Shown here one piece after another: positions 35,780 to 47,310 of a stretch of DNA of 64,000 bases. The first letter of the stretch is position 1, and the number at the start of each line of letters is the position of its first letter. The stretch is from Phaeosaccion multiseriatum (lineage: Eukaryota; Protista; Ochrophyta, other classes), in the NCBI GenBank assembly GCA_965112735.1, contig OZ218963.1, forward strand, positions 3,264,160-3,328,159. Direction: 5' to 3'. The translations under genes and the position numbers were made by a program. Under the pieces are notes generated by a model, which saw only the letters and a list, made by a program, of their open reading frames with translations, ran no database searches and had not been told where the DNA came from.

Positions 35780-38700
35780 TTAGAGCTTGTCGTAGTATCG
35801 GTCCAGAGGGGGGATGCCCTCGGGGAGCCCCTTTCGCTTCCTCACGCCCAGAATGGTCACGTTAGACCTGCTATTCTCCTCAAGAGGGTCTCCGCCCAGC
35901 TCCTGCCAGTGATCAAACACGCACTGAGGGAAGGCCTTGCCACCCGTGTGGGAACGCAGGTCTGCGGTGAAGCCGAACGACTCCATGACCGGCAAGTAGG
36001 CCTTGAGCTGCATCATTGGGGTTCCCGGCCTCTGCTCCTCGGCAAACACGTGACCTCTGCGGCGAGTCAGCACGCCATAGCAGCCTCCCATGGCGTCCTG
36101 GGGGCACTGAATATCCACGAGATAGATAGGCTCCAGCAGAGCGGGGGAGGCGGTCAGAATGCCAGCGAAGCACACTCGGCGAGACGTGGGCATGACTTGA
36201 CCCATTCCTCGGTGAATGGCATCTGCGTGCAGGGTCACGTCCAGAAGGTTGAAGCGCACGCCTCGGCACTGCTCCTCGCACATGGGGCCGTCAGTCATAG
36301 CCCAGTTGAAGCCTGCAATCACAGACTCCTTAATCTCGTTGAGGTACGACACTCCGGCAGTGGCGTCGGCGTAAATGTTGGTGCCTACTCCATCGGGGCC
36401 GAAAGCCCAAATCTGAATTCGAGGAAGGAAGAGCGGGACAAGCAAACTTTCAAAAAACAGAACCCAGACCTATAATAAGAAAGAGCCATCTCCTCCTTCA
36501 GTCAGTGCCCTCCCTGCTCACCTTGCGCGCTTCCGAAACGTCCCAGCCGAAGTTGTCCGCGAGGAAGTGGGCGCGAGCCTTGAACTCGTCGCGGCCGCTG
36601 AGCCTGCCCTCGTCCACGGCATCCGCTACACCGGGGTCCATGTTCTGGGCCTTGAGGAACAGACGGTTGTGCTTATTGGCGGACTTGCTCAGGCACGTGC
36701 GGTCAGACTCGGAGCCGCAAGTCTCTCGGTACGACACGACGGGGTCGGAAATCTTGACCTCGGTCCCCATAAAGTCCTCCTGCAAGTCCTTTAGGCAAAT
36801 CTCCAAGTGGAGCTCACCACAGCCGGCGATGATGTGCTCTCCGCTCTCCTCCGTGTAGCACAAGACCATGGGGTCTGACTTGGAGAGACGCTTCATGCCC
36901 TCTACCAGCTTGGGCAGGTCGGCAGAGTTCTTGGGCTCGACGGCCACGCGCACCACGGGAGACACGGAGAACTTCATGGTCTTGATGCAGTGACCCTGCT
37001 CGTAGGTGGTGATGGTGCCCGACTTGAGCAGATACTGATCCACACCAACCAGTCCGCACGTGTTTCCGGCAGGGATGTCCTGCACCTGCTCCACGTATCG
37101 GCCCATCATGATGATGGTGCGCTGAATGTTCTTGATCCACAGGTCCGTCTTCTTGCCAAGCACGTAGTTGGGGCCAAGAATGCGCACCTTCTGTCCGGTG
37201 GCTATGGTGCCCGAGAAGACACGGCCAAAGGCGTAGAAGCGACCCTTGTCGCTGGTGGGCACCATCTTTGACACGTACATGCAAAGAGGGGCATCGGGGC
37301 TGGTGTCGCACGAGCGAATGGCGTTGGCGACTGGGTCGTCCAGGGGTCCATCATACAGGTTCTCCACACGGTACTTTTGGGCCTGGTTGTTGGGAAGGGG
37401 CAGAAAGAAAATCCATGTTTTGGCAAGGGGAGAGGGGCAGTCGGGTAGGGCAGGACAACGGTCAGTAAGTAAGAGCGGTGAGAAGTGTCGTGCAGCGGGG
37501 CGAGGGGTTTTTGCACCCAACGGGCACGTCAGAGTTGTTCGTGCTAAACACAAAAGCAGAGCAAGAAGCGCACTTCGAAAGAAAAACCAACCAACCTGGG
37601 GAGGGGAGGGAAGGTGGACCACGATCATCTCGAGCACGGCATCGGCCGCCGGCAGCCACCGCTGCATGACCCTCTTGAGCAGGGGCTTGCCAATGAGGTC
37701 CTTCTCGTCGTTCTTCAGCACGACCCCCACGGCCTTGAGCATTCGCTCCGTCTTCTGCTTCTTCTCCTCCATAATGGCCGTGAACATTTTGCAGATGGGG
37801 TCCATGATGAAGTGGCAGAAGGCTCTCATGAGGCCGCCGTCGTCCTTATTCGTCAGCTTCTTGGTCTCCGGGTTGAAGTACCAGTTACCCCACAGCTTCT
37901 CCATCATAGTGGCCTCGGGAATGCCAAACTTGGACGAGTAAATGCTGGCAAACTTCTTGAGCGTAAAGCCCCACTGGTGCAGTCCAGACCCAAACGCCAC
38001 GGTACCCTTCTCCGGGTACACCTGAACGTCGCCCATCAGCTCGTCGTTGTAGGTGGCAATGACCACATTCACTGACTCAATGGCGCGAGAGAAACTCTGG
38101 TACATTTCCTCAGGGGGCAGCTGCAGCTCCAACAGCGCGCGGTCCACCTTGTTGACCATGAGCACAGGCTTGACGCGCTCGGAGATGGCCTGACGCAGCA
38201 CCGTCTCCGTCTGCACACACACGCCCTCGATGCAGTCCACCACCACCAGCGCGCCGTCCGTCACACGCAGCGCGGCGGTCACCTCCGAGGAGAAGTCGAC
38301 GTGACCGGGGGAGTCGATGAGGTTGATGAGGTAACTGTTCTCGCCAATCATGACGTCATCTCCGCCAGCCTCCGCCGCGTCCAGGGCACCCTGCTTGGCG
38401 AGGTCGAGCGCAGCCTGTGTGGCTGCGGCGTCCTCTCCAGCAGCGCGGGAAGCGTTCTTCTCCACGGCTCCTCGCACCAGCTTCTCTGCCTCGGACAATT
38501 CGTACTCAAAGAACATGGAAATGCCCGTGGACTTGATGGTAATGCAACGGTCCTGCTCGTCCTGGCGCGTGTCCGTGAAGCGAGCCTCTCCCGCGTTCTT
38601 GGCGGCGATGATACCCGCCTTGGACACGAGAGAGTCCGTGAGGGTGGACTTGCCGTGGTCCACGTGGGCGATCACGGACATGTTCCGGATGTTGTGCTTC

Positions 38701-39423
38701 AGACCCATAATGGCCCGAAGCTGTGGTGTTGTCGTTGTCGCAGAGACGGGGCAAGGAAGAATGAAGGGAACAGGAGGATGGGAGAGTTTACAGACTGGCC
38801 CAATATCGCGCGGCGACCAACCCCTCCCCTTTCATCTACAAAACTGTGCAATTACTGGCCCTTTGTCCACTGACTGTGTGAGTGGACAATGATGTTCACA
38901 TCGCTCAGCTTACCTGGTCTGTTGTGAAGTTAACCTGTAGAGCGAAGAGCGCCGGGCCGGGGGAAGAGATAATGAGCAGAACGAAAGTGGGGCAGACGTT
39001 AGCGCATCTGGACTTTGCACAAAGACTGAGGCGCCCGAGGGCGTTGGTGTAATGAAGAGGCGTATACCGAGGTTCGAATGGGGCTGTGGACCCATCATCC
39101 CACATATTCCCTCCCGCCCCGCTGGATCCCGCCTTCTGTATGCCTCGCTCATTTGGGCTGGGGCGAATGCAGCATCCACTTCCTAACCGTTCCCTCCGCT
39201 TCTTCTTCCTCCCAGCCCCCCAAAGCCAGTCAAGAACTACCGCAAACAGCCGGAGCCAGCAGAAGGAGGTGGGAAAGGGGAAGGGAGGAAGGGAAAAGCC
39301 AGACCTCCCACACAAGATAACAACCCCATTAAACCCATAGAAAGCTTCATCCTCCAGCCTACGCGCCCCCGCTCCTACTGCTGCTACCGCTCCTCCGGCC
39401 CTTTTCCTTCTCCCACTCACCAT
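35780..39423 (-). CDS. EEF2: Eukaryotic translation elongation factor 2
   Basis: Exons give M|VNFTTDQ|[41 protein letters not shown], the diphthamide loop LHADAIHRG, and the C-terminus YYDKL. Confidence 0.98.
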
Positions 39424-39558
39424 GGTGCTACGCTAAGGTGGGATGAATAATCCCTCGCAAAGTACAAGCCTCACGCGCTCCACACAACATTCGCACCCCC
39501 TGGGTCGCGCGTCCTATATCCCGTAGGTACTTTTGAGTTTCAGTTTACTATACTGGCT

Positions 39559-39662
39559 ATCGACCCCTGACGAACGAACACTATCCGCTATCCGCTATCG
39601 CCGGCGCCAGCCGATCCGCTATCCGCTATCGGCCGGCGGACGATAGCGCGTCAGGGGTCGAT
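39559..39662. mobile_element. MITE-like element D (~100 bp), 14-bp perfect TIRs, upstream of eEF2
   Basis: ATCGACCCCTGACG (39559-39572) and CGTCAGGGGTCGAT (39649-39662). Internal CTATCCG repeats and GCCGGCGCCAGCC core. Confidence 0.65.
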
Positions 39663-39742
39663 TCATTAAGTCGCACGCTCTGAACGCTCCGCTGTTACCG
39701 TCGGACGGTGAGTGGTATGATGGACGCTCAAATGATTTCAAT

Positions 39743-42700
39743 TCATTCCTCCTTAACGAGAATTACAGCGCAGTACATTTGCACGGCCTCCCACTCCTCC
39801 TTGCTAATGGCCCGAGGTGGGGGGGGGGCTCTAGCAGGGGCTCTACCATACCTTTGCTGCTGCTGTTGAAGGTGCGCTCCCCCGACCCCCCCCATCCTGG
39901 ACAGCAAGCCAATGAACTGCTCCTCCTCACAGCAACGAGCGATGAAGTGACTGAAGTTCTCTGCGAGAAGCATGCGGAAGCCCTCGGCTCGTGCCATACG
40001 GGCAAGCGTGGGGAGGTGCACGAGAAACTCTTTGCAACCAGTGACTGCGTCTCCCAATTGGAATCTGCGCGGGCAGAGGGTGGAGAGCACAGGAAAAAGA
40101 GCGAGAGGTGAGATGAGCAGAGACAAGAGACGGAGAGAGGAGAGGTGAGATTGAGGAAGGGAGAGGAGGGATGGTAAAGAGAGAGGGGGGGGGGGAGGGC
40201 GACGGTACAGGGTGGAGGGAGAAAACCCCCTTGAAATGCCAGTCTTGTGCTTAACACAAGGGTTAACCTTTGCGTAATGTGCGTACGTACCTGTATGCGT
40301 CTCCGAAGGCATTCTCGCTCTCGTCCAGAGACTTGAGCCGCTCCAACACCGCGGCCCTCTCTCCCTCCATCTCCAGACGGTACAGACCATTCCCAAAGGC
40401 CACCCCCCCTTTCTCATCTTTCTCCTCCTCCTGCTGCTGCTTCCCCGTCTTGCCAGCACTGCCCTCCTGACTTGCCCCTTGCTCAGTACTTCCCCCGCCA
40501 CCGTCACCAACAGCACCACCTTCCGCACCATTGGTAACGCCGGAACTTAACCCAGGTGCGACTCCTTGTCCTCCCGCTCCTCCTCCTACTGCCCCTCCTC
40601 CTGCTGCTGCTCCTGCTGTTGCTCCTGCTGCTGCTGCCCCAAAGGCGCGTTGGGTAATGACGCGGTAGTCGGGAACCGTGAGAAGCAACCTCCCCCCAGG
40701 GAGGAGCATTTTCCCTACATTGGCGAGCGTGGTTTCCAGGTTGGCACGTGAATCGCACACGTAGTGTAGGGTGAATTGCGCCGCGACGGCACCGAACAGC
40801 GGGAAGCGAGCTGACGGTTGACTACCTTCTGTCTCCCCCTCTCCATCCCCTTGCTCCACCCGCTCCACCCCAGCAGCTCCTATGCCCTCATTGGCCCCAT
40901 CTCCTCCGCCACTTTCATCCATCAGCAATGCAGCTACCCTCGACACCAGGTCAGAGTCCGCCATACTGCCCTGTAACGTCAGCCCTCTCCAGCCCAGTTT
41001 CTTCTTGTGAACATCGCTCCGTGCTCCTTCTCCTCGCCCCCCTCCTGCTCCTCGTTTCTCCCTCCCTACCCCTCCTCCTCCTCCTCCTCCTCCTCCTCCT
41101 CCTCCTCCTCCTACCCGTCTATTGCTCTCCTTCATCAGCCCATCTGCTCTTCTCTGTGCCTCCATCAAGGCCACTCCTGACACATCGACTCCGACCCACA
41201 AGCCCCGCGCAGCAATTCTACTCCACTTTAGCAAATCGCCGCCCCTGTGCACTCACGGGATGACACGCGGCCGGCCCCGCGGGGGAAGAGACGGAAGAGG
41301 GTTTCACTATTAGGCAACCATCGGCAGCTCAATCAATCCCTCGTTTGGGGCAAAGGGTTGTTCTTCTCCTAGCAAGTCACTAGATATCGGCGGAGGGGGA
41401 GGAGCCAGGAGCAAGCACGTCCACGTCAAAATCCAAGTCAAGTCCCCTCCCTCCTCCATACCTTCCACACCCAAGCTCGAGCACCGCTGCTCGGTTGCCC
41501 TCCAATGCACCTTCTGCGAAGAAGCGTGTATGGGGAAAGGGAAGGAGACACGATGAGCAAAGGGAACACATCTACACAAGCTTCAAGCGACGTACAAGTC
41601 CACAGCACCCCACAGCGAGCACGGCACACTGCCCTCATCGGTAGGTGCCATAACAGGAGCTTCGCGCTCGAGGGCACGCGTGGAGGGGCGCGAAGTGGAG
41701 GCCCATCGTTAGACACGAGCTAAGACCTCATCACGACCCCTCTCCTCTCCTCTCCTGCGGTCAACCTCGAGCCCGGGGCGGATGGGGAGCGATCGTTGAA
41801 GACTAAAAGTCTCTCTGACAAAAGCACCTGCCTGCTAAGCACCTGCGGGAGAGCCAAGCAGGACTTGGTTCAATCCGTCTTGGCATACGACCCCCTCCCC
41901 CCTCCCCAATGCGACCATCCCCCCGCACTCCGACTTGCTTCTTGCTTACGTTTGCCTCCTTGCCGTTGATGCCCCCCGCTCCCTCCGCCTCTCCTGTCGC
42001 CTCTCCTACCCCCGTGGCTGCCGCCGTTGCTGCGACTGCGGCTGCTGCTGACTAGCCCTGAGATAAGTGCGGGAGGAATGCCCGCAAGAGGGGGGAGGGA
42101 GGCCAAGGAAAGCGATCCATACAATGCCGCCTCGGAGTCCTTGCCCGGTGGGGCAGCGGACAGGTCCTCTTCTCTGGCCATGTTGATCATTACTGCCTTG
42201 AGCCTGCGGGCACACACACAGAGAGAGGGGGGAGAGGGAGGGGAAGAGAGACGGAAAGCAGTTGCGGAATCAATCCGAGCAGAAAATCAGGGAGTTTGAG
42301 GCTAGCGCCGTTACAATGAGGAAATCAGGGTAGAGAAAAGAAATGAACGGAACATGGATATACGTCGGGCAATTCATTGAGGCCTTGGCCGCGAAAGGTG
42401 GGAACCCAGTTGGGAATGAGCGTCACGACGGCGAGAATCTCTCTATCTCCCCCTGCTCACTACTCGCCAGTTGTGCAGTTCCTCAATATGGCAGTACTCA
42501 CCAGTTGTGCAGTTTCCTCAATACGGCGATACCGCCGTCGAGTGCTTCGCCTTGGTTTCGTGCCGCTTGCCTTTCGTCATAATGCTCTGCTGCTGCTGCG
42601 TCACCCCCTCCCGCGACCTCCATGCCACCCGTACCGCGAGCAGCGGCGGTAGGCTGAGTAGCGGTAGGTTTGGGTCCTCCTCCGTCGCCGCTGATCGTGA

Positions 42701-44385
42701 CGTTGGCATGACTGCTCATGTTTCTTCCGGGGGGTAGACTTGAGAGTTCCGAAGAAAGCTCCTCGAAAGTAACGTTCTCGGCTACTGCTTCCAGCACGCC
42801 CCACGCTGTGGTGCATTGACGATACAGAGTTGATCAGAGAGATTTGGGGGCTACAGTTAGACACACTCTCTCACACGCCAAGGGGACTCAAACTAAAAGT
42901 GACAGATAGCATGCAATAAAAAATTGTGGCCAAGCAGAGGCAAGAGATGAGATGACGCATCTGTTCCCTTGCCATGCGAATACGTCGTAGTATAGAGTCA
43001 ACGAATACCTTGGTCTTTGGCGGTGATGGTAGGCATGCAAGACTCTACTCACCATTTCCGAGGCTGTTTGGTTGGGCCTTGTCCAGGCGAGGCCCCACGA
43101 GGTGCCATCTTCCGTCCGAGCTGTCAAAGGAGCATTCAATGATCACCGTCGACTGAAGGGGGAGAGGGGGAGAGGAGGAGAGCCAAAGAAAGAGAAGAGA
43201 GGTAGGAGAGAGGAGGGAGCAGCGCAGCATGATGAAGCATGACGAGTTAACTGAGCACAGGTCATGTTGACAGGGGTTGAAGCCGCACCACCACACACAG
43301 AGAGAAAAGGTAGTTCTGCGAAGTATCGGGGGCGAGGAGAAGATGGGTTCGAGTTTGAGTTTGAGGTGCGGTGCGGTCCCCGCGGTGAGGAAGATGTGGT
43401 CTGCAAGTCCAGGAGTGGTCCAAGCGTGGCCGTGCGGACTTTGAGCCCTACCCGACACAAGGACGTACCAGCCCTCGGCCCGCAGACTCGAGCAAGCGGC
43501 GCTTCTCCGCGGTGGTCAAGACAACTTGCGCTAGGCGTACCTCCCCCTGCCCTGAGCGGACGCTGACGGACACACTGCTCTCTCCTCCTCCTCCTCCTCC
43601 TCCTCCTCCTCCTCCTCCTCCTCCTCCTCCTCCTCCTCCTCCTGCTGCTGCTGCTGCTCCTCCTCCTCTTCCTCCTCCTCCCCCCTTCCCTCGATTGCCA
43701 CGCCCCCGGTCCCATCCTCCTCCGCTGAGATCTTTGCATCGAACCGAAAAGTCCACCGTCAGCAGCTGTTGGGGCTTCCACTTGAGGACGTGATAGCTGT
43801 TGGAGAATAAAAGAAAAAAGCCCCCACCCCGGTGCACGCCCCAGTAAGGTAAGGTACGCAAGATAGACAGAGTACACAGGGGACAGACAGAGGTTGAGAG
43901 AAGGCTCTCTCATTGCGGTCCGAGTGCGGTTGGGAAAAGGAAGCACATGATGTGACGGGCGCACGGCTTTGCAGGAGTGCCGGCACATCTACGTAATTGC
44001 GCATATCAATGAAGGAAGAGGTGTACAGCAACATGTGCTTTCCCTTTCCCGCAACGCCCCAACCGTCCTCGTGCGGTGCGGAACAGGCGGCAGGACAGAC
44101 AGGACCCGACCGCGGCAAGGAGGAAAATACAGCATAGCAACACTGCCACCTAGTTTTAATTCATTCAACCCTCACCTGTACCAGCTCAATTTCGAAGGGG
44201 TAAACACCACCCCGTCCGTTGGTCCGCTGCACACCAAGTCACCGTCGGCGCCACCTGCGGAAGGAGGGGAGGACGGAGGAAGGAGTGGAAGAGGCGCGCA
44301 CTCAAAACGATGAGACCCTCCCATTCATCGGTTGTGTGTGAGGCCTCGAAACCCTTACACCGGGGGAGGGACATTTCCTTCCTTA

Positions 44386-44418
<33 letters not shown>

Positions 44419-47196
44419 GCACGCACACATGCTTGCAAGCGCTCCCTCTTCTCACCTCTCCCTCTCTGCCCCATGCCTTCGCAACTTACACACACATGTT
44501 CGCGTGCTCACTCCTCTCACCTTCTGTCCCTCGCTGCCCCATGACCAACGGTGCGATTTGACCGATATTTCGCAGCGGCAAAAACCGTTTGCACCGCAAG
44601 GGCAACAATGCAGTCAAGGGCGTGGCCTGCTGCTGGTGGTGGTGGTGCTGCTGCTGCTGCCCAAGGCTCACTCTGGTCTCCAGGGCGGCGATGCGCTCCG
44701 ATAGATGTTGTTTCGCCCCCCACTCCACCCCCCCAAGCTGGGCCACATCGAAGGCCAAAAAGTACTGCGACTTGTTGCCTCTACTGCTCCAGGCTGCTGC
44801 TCCTGCTGCCGCTGAGCCCCCTTCTGGCCGCCCCCCTGGGGGGTCCGAGTCCATCAGCTCCCCATCCAGAATGCACGGATGCCCTTGACCCTGACCCTCC
44901 GCGGAGCATAGCACATCTGCGTAGGCGGTGGCTAGTTCCACGGAGGAGGACTGATGCAGGCCCAGCTGTCGATCCATCAGGAGGAGAAGGGGTGGGGAGT
45001 CTGCTCCCCCTCCTTCTCCTTCGTGATCAGGACCACCAGCCGTTACCATTCCCGCAGGCAGGACGAAGAGCAAGTGCCTAACTCCGTCGCTCTTTTCGCA
45101 GACAAGGTAGTCGGAGCCGGCATTCCTCTTCAAGTCACGCAAATTGCTACGCCGGAACGCGGTGGCCCTTGGGCCCGGCGAGTCTTTCGCTTTGAGGTAA
45201 GCATCAGCTGAGTATGAGGGCAACAGTCTGCGCCACTCCTTGGTGCCGGTAAGGAGCTCCAGCACGAGCCGCTTGAGATGCTGTGTGCGAGCTGACTTCT
45301 CGGGCAAGGCCACCAAGGGGGGCACACGGGGGTCAGCAGTCCCGATGGTGGCGGAGGTGGGAGAGGGAGAGAAGTGCTGGTGCTGCTGCTCACCACCTTG
45401 AACAGCTGGAGGCAGCGGCAGCGGCAGGGAGTTCCATTCTCCTTCCCCTTCCGCTTCCGCCCGTCCTCCCTCTGTTGACGCACTCCCTCCTGCATCTGCT
45501 GCTTTCGCTGTTGCTGTTGCTGGTGCTGCTTCTGCAGGTGGAACTGGGTGCGACACAGGGAAGAAGTCACAGAACTTGCTTGTGGCCATGACATAGTCGC
45601 TGATGGATCTGCCCTCCTTGGCCTGGTGGGCTGTGGGGTTGGAGGAGAGGGGTCGAACGGAAACGGTCCACGGAGGTGCTGAGCGTTTCGGAATTTCCGG
45701 ACCAGTAAGTAAGACTATGAGGGCTGGAAAGTAAACAGTTTACTCGCGTCAGAGGGGAAGTGTTTGAGCCAAAATCCTAGAAAAGAGCGACATCCGACCC
45801 TCTCTCTCTCTCTTCTCACCCAAGACCTCAAGCTTCTGCACGAGTTCTCCGTCCGTCTTCAGCACGGCGTCGCTGTCGGCCATCGAGCGTGTGTACTCCG
45901 GTACAATCACGCAGGAACCCAGGGGGTTGCGCTGATCAAGGAGTGCAGAGTAATACAGAAACCAAGCCCCACGTTAGAAACCTAAACCTTCTCTCACCGA
46001 TCGTAAGCTCACTCCGCTCTCTACCAAGCAACAACAATATATCAACACCAACCACCACATGTGTACACGCAGACGTTTTCAAAAACCTTGCCTTCTACAC
46101 ATACACACTGCCGTGCGATTCACTTCGTCAGTGGGGAGCACGTGCTCTGTCCGCTCTCACCTCAAACTTCTCCGCGTGGTTGTCAATGAGAATGGTGTTC
46201 CTGCGATCAAACTGCGGAAACACTTGCCACACCTTGGCAATCTCCTTGAGAAAGAGGGGCTTCTTGGGGCTTACAAACGAAGTCCGCGGCCACAGGGAGG
46301 TGCTATCCTCCTGGTCAAACACAAAGAGCACTTGATCTTGATATCGGTCGAACAGCTCCATTTCGATGTTCGCGCGCTTGCCACAGCTCCATAGAGCCAC
46401 AACAAAGTTCTTGAAGCAGAAATCAAGGAAGTCCTCAAGGTGCGGTCTTACTACTACTCCTCCTCCCCCTCCTCCTCCTCCTCCTCCTCCTCCTGGGCCC
46501 TTCTTGTGGCGTTTATCAAAGGGCAGGCGATCGACCAGCACACCGTTCAGATCCAGGATGAGGAGTGGCCTCTTAGGGTCGAGCATTGGCGGAGCGAGTA
46601 GCTCAAACAGTCTTTTTGTTAGGTCAACCTTCTTCACTACACACCGCCCCTGCCAGCCCACCCCCACCCCGTACAGACGGGCATCTCCCGCGCGAAGTAG
46701 GCCGTCTTTCTCCAAAGGCCGCTGCAGGGGGGGCTCTCCACACACCACTTCCACGCGCAAGAAGACCCCAAGCGTGGGGTGGACATTTGTGGCTCGGGCG
46801 ACAACCACAGCACCCACGCGCAGCACCTCCAGAGGCTCCACCTGCAAGCAAAAGGGTGCGGATAAGACGGATATGGTACCACATGGGCGAGGACACCAAC
46901 TCCTCCTCGGCTAACCGTACCTGCCGTTGCCGCCCATTGGATTGCTGGTGCTGTTGCTGTTGCTGGTGCTGATGCTGGTGCTGCTGCTGGTGCTGGTGCC
47001 TCTGCTGGTGCTGGTGCAGCTGTTGATTTTGTCCTCGGTGCTTCGAAGCTACTCCTCCATCGTTTGTATTTCTTGTCTCACGCTTCCAGCGGTTGTTCGT
47101 GGGAAGCGGTTGGAACTGTGGTGGGGTCTCCATAGCGTGGGGATCTGGCTTTTGAAGCAGGTCCACGCTGCTCGAGGGTAAAGCGAGGGTGTGCAT
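39743..47196 (-). CDS. Multi-domain mRNA capping enzyme: S1/OB-like + FCP1/NIF-type HAD phosphatase + RNA guanylyltransferase + cap guanine-N7 methyltransferase (~12 exons)
   Basis: HAD: LILDLNGVLV, RPHLEDFL, ALWS, LFLKEI..VW, NTILIDN..K..RNP. GTase: YLVCEKSDGVR, ILDGEL, FLAFDV, TDGVVFTP, LKWKP..TVDF, IIECSF, RLDKAQPN. MTase: AEHYD..LRKLHNWLKAVMI, VLELGCGRGGDLLKW, VGVDVS, QFTLHY, PGGRLLLTVPD, EFLVH, EWEAVQMY. All junctions from the HAD exon onward are GT-AG with matching phase. The exact start codon is uncertain (47196 or 47133). Confidence 0.82.
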
Positions 47197-47310
47197 TTCC
47201 GAAGTCAACGAATCCTCTCGCCCCTGCCGCCCTCCTCCTCGTCTCTACCACTTGCGCGTAAGATAGCCAAAACTTTGCTCTCCTCTGTGTGCCTCTCCCT
47301 CTGTCTGAAC

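Noticed and set aside
39743-47196. Capping gene as a recent giant-virus insertion
   Set aside because: It has many host-type introns and host-like composition, no TTM triphosphatase and no neighbouring viral genes. An ancient viral origin is not excluded.
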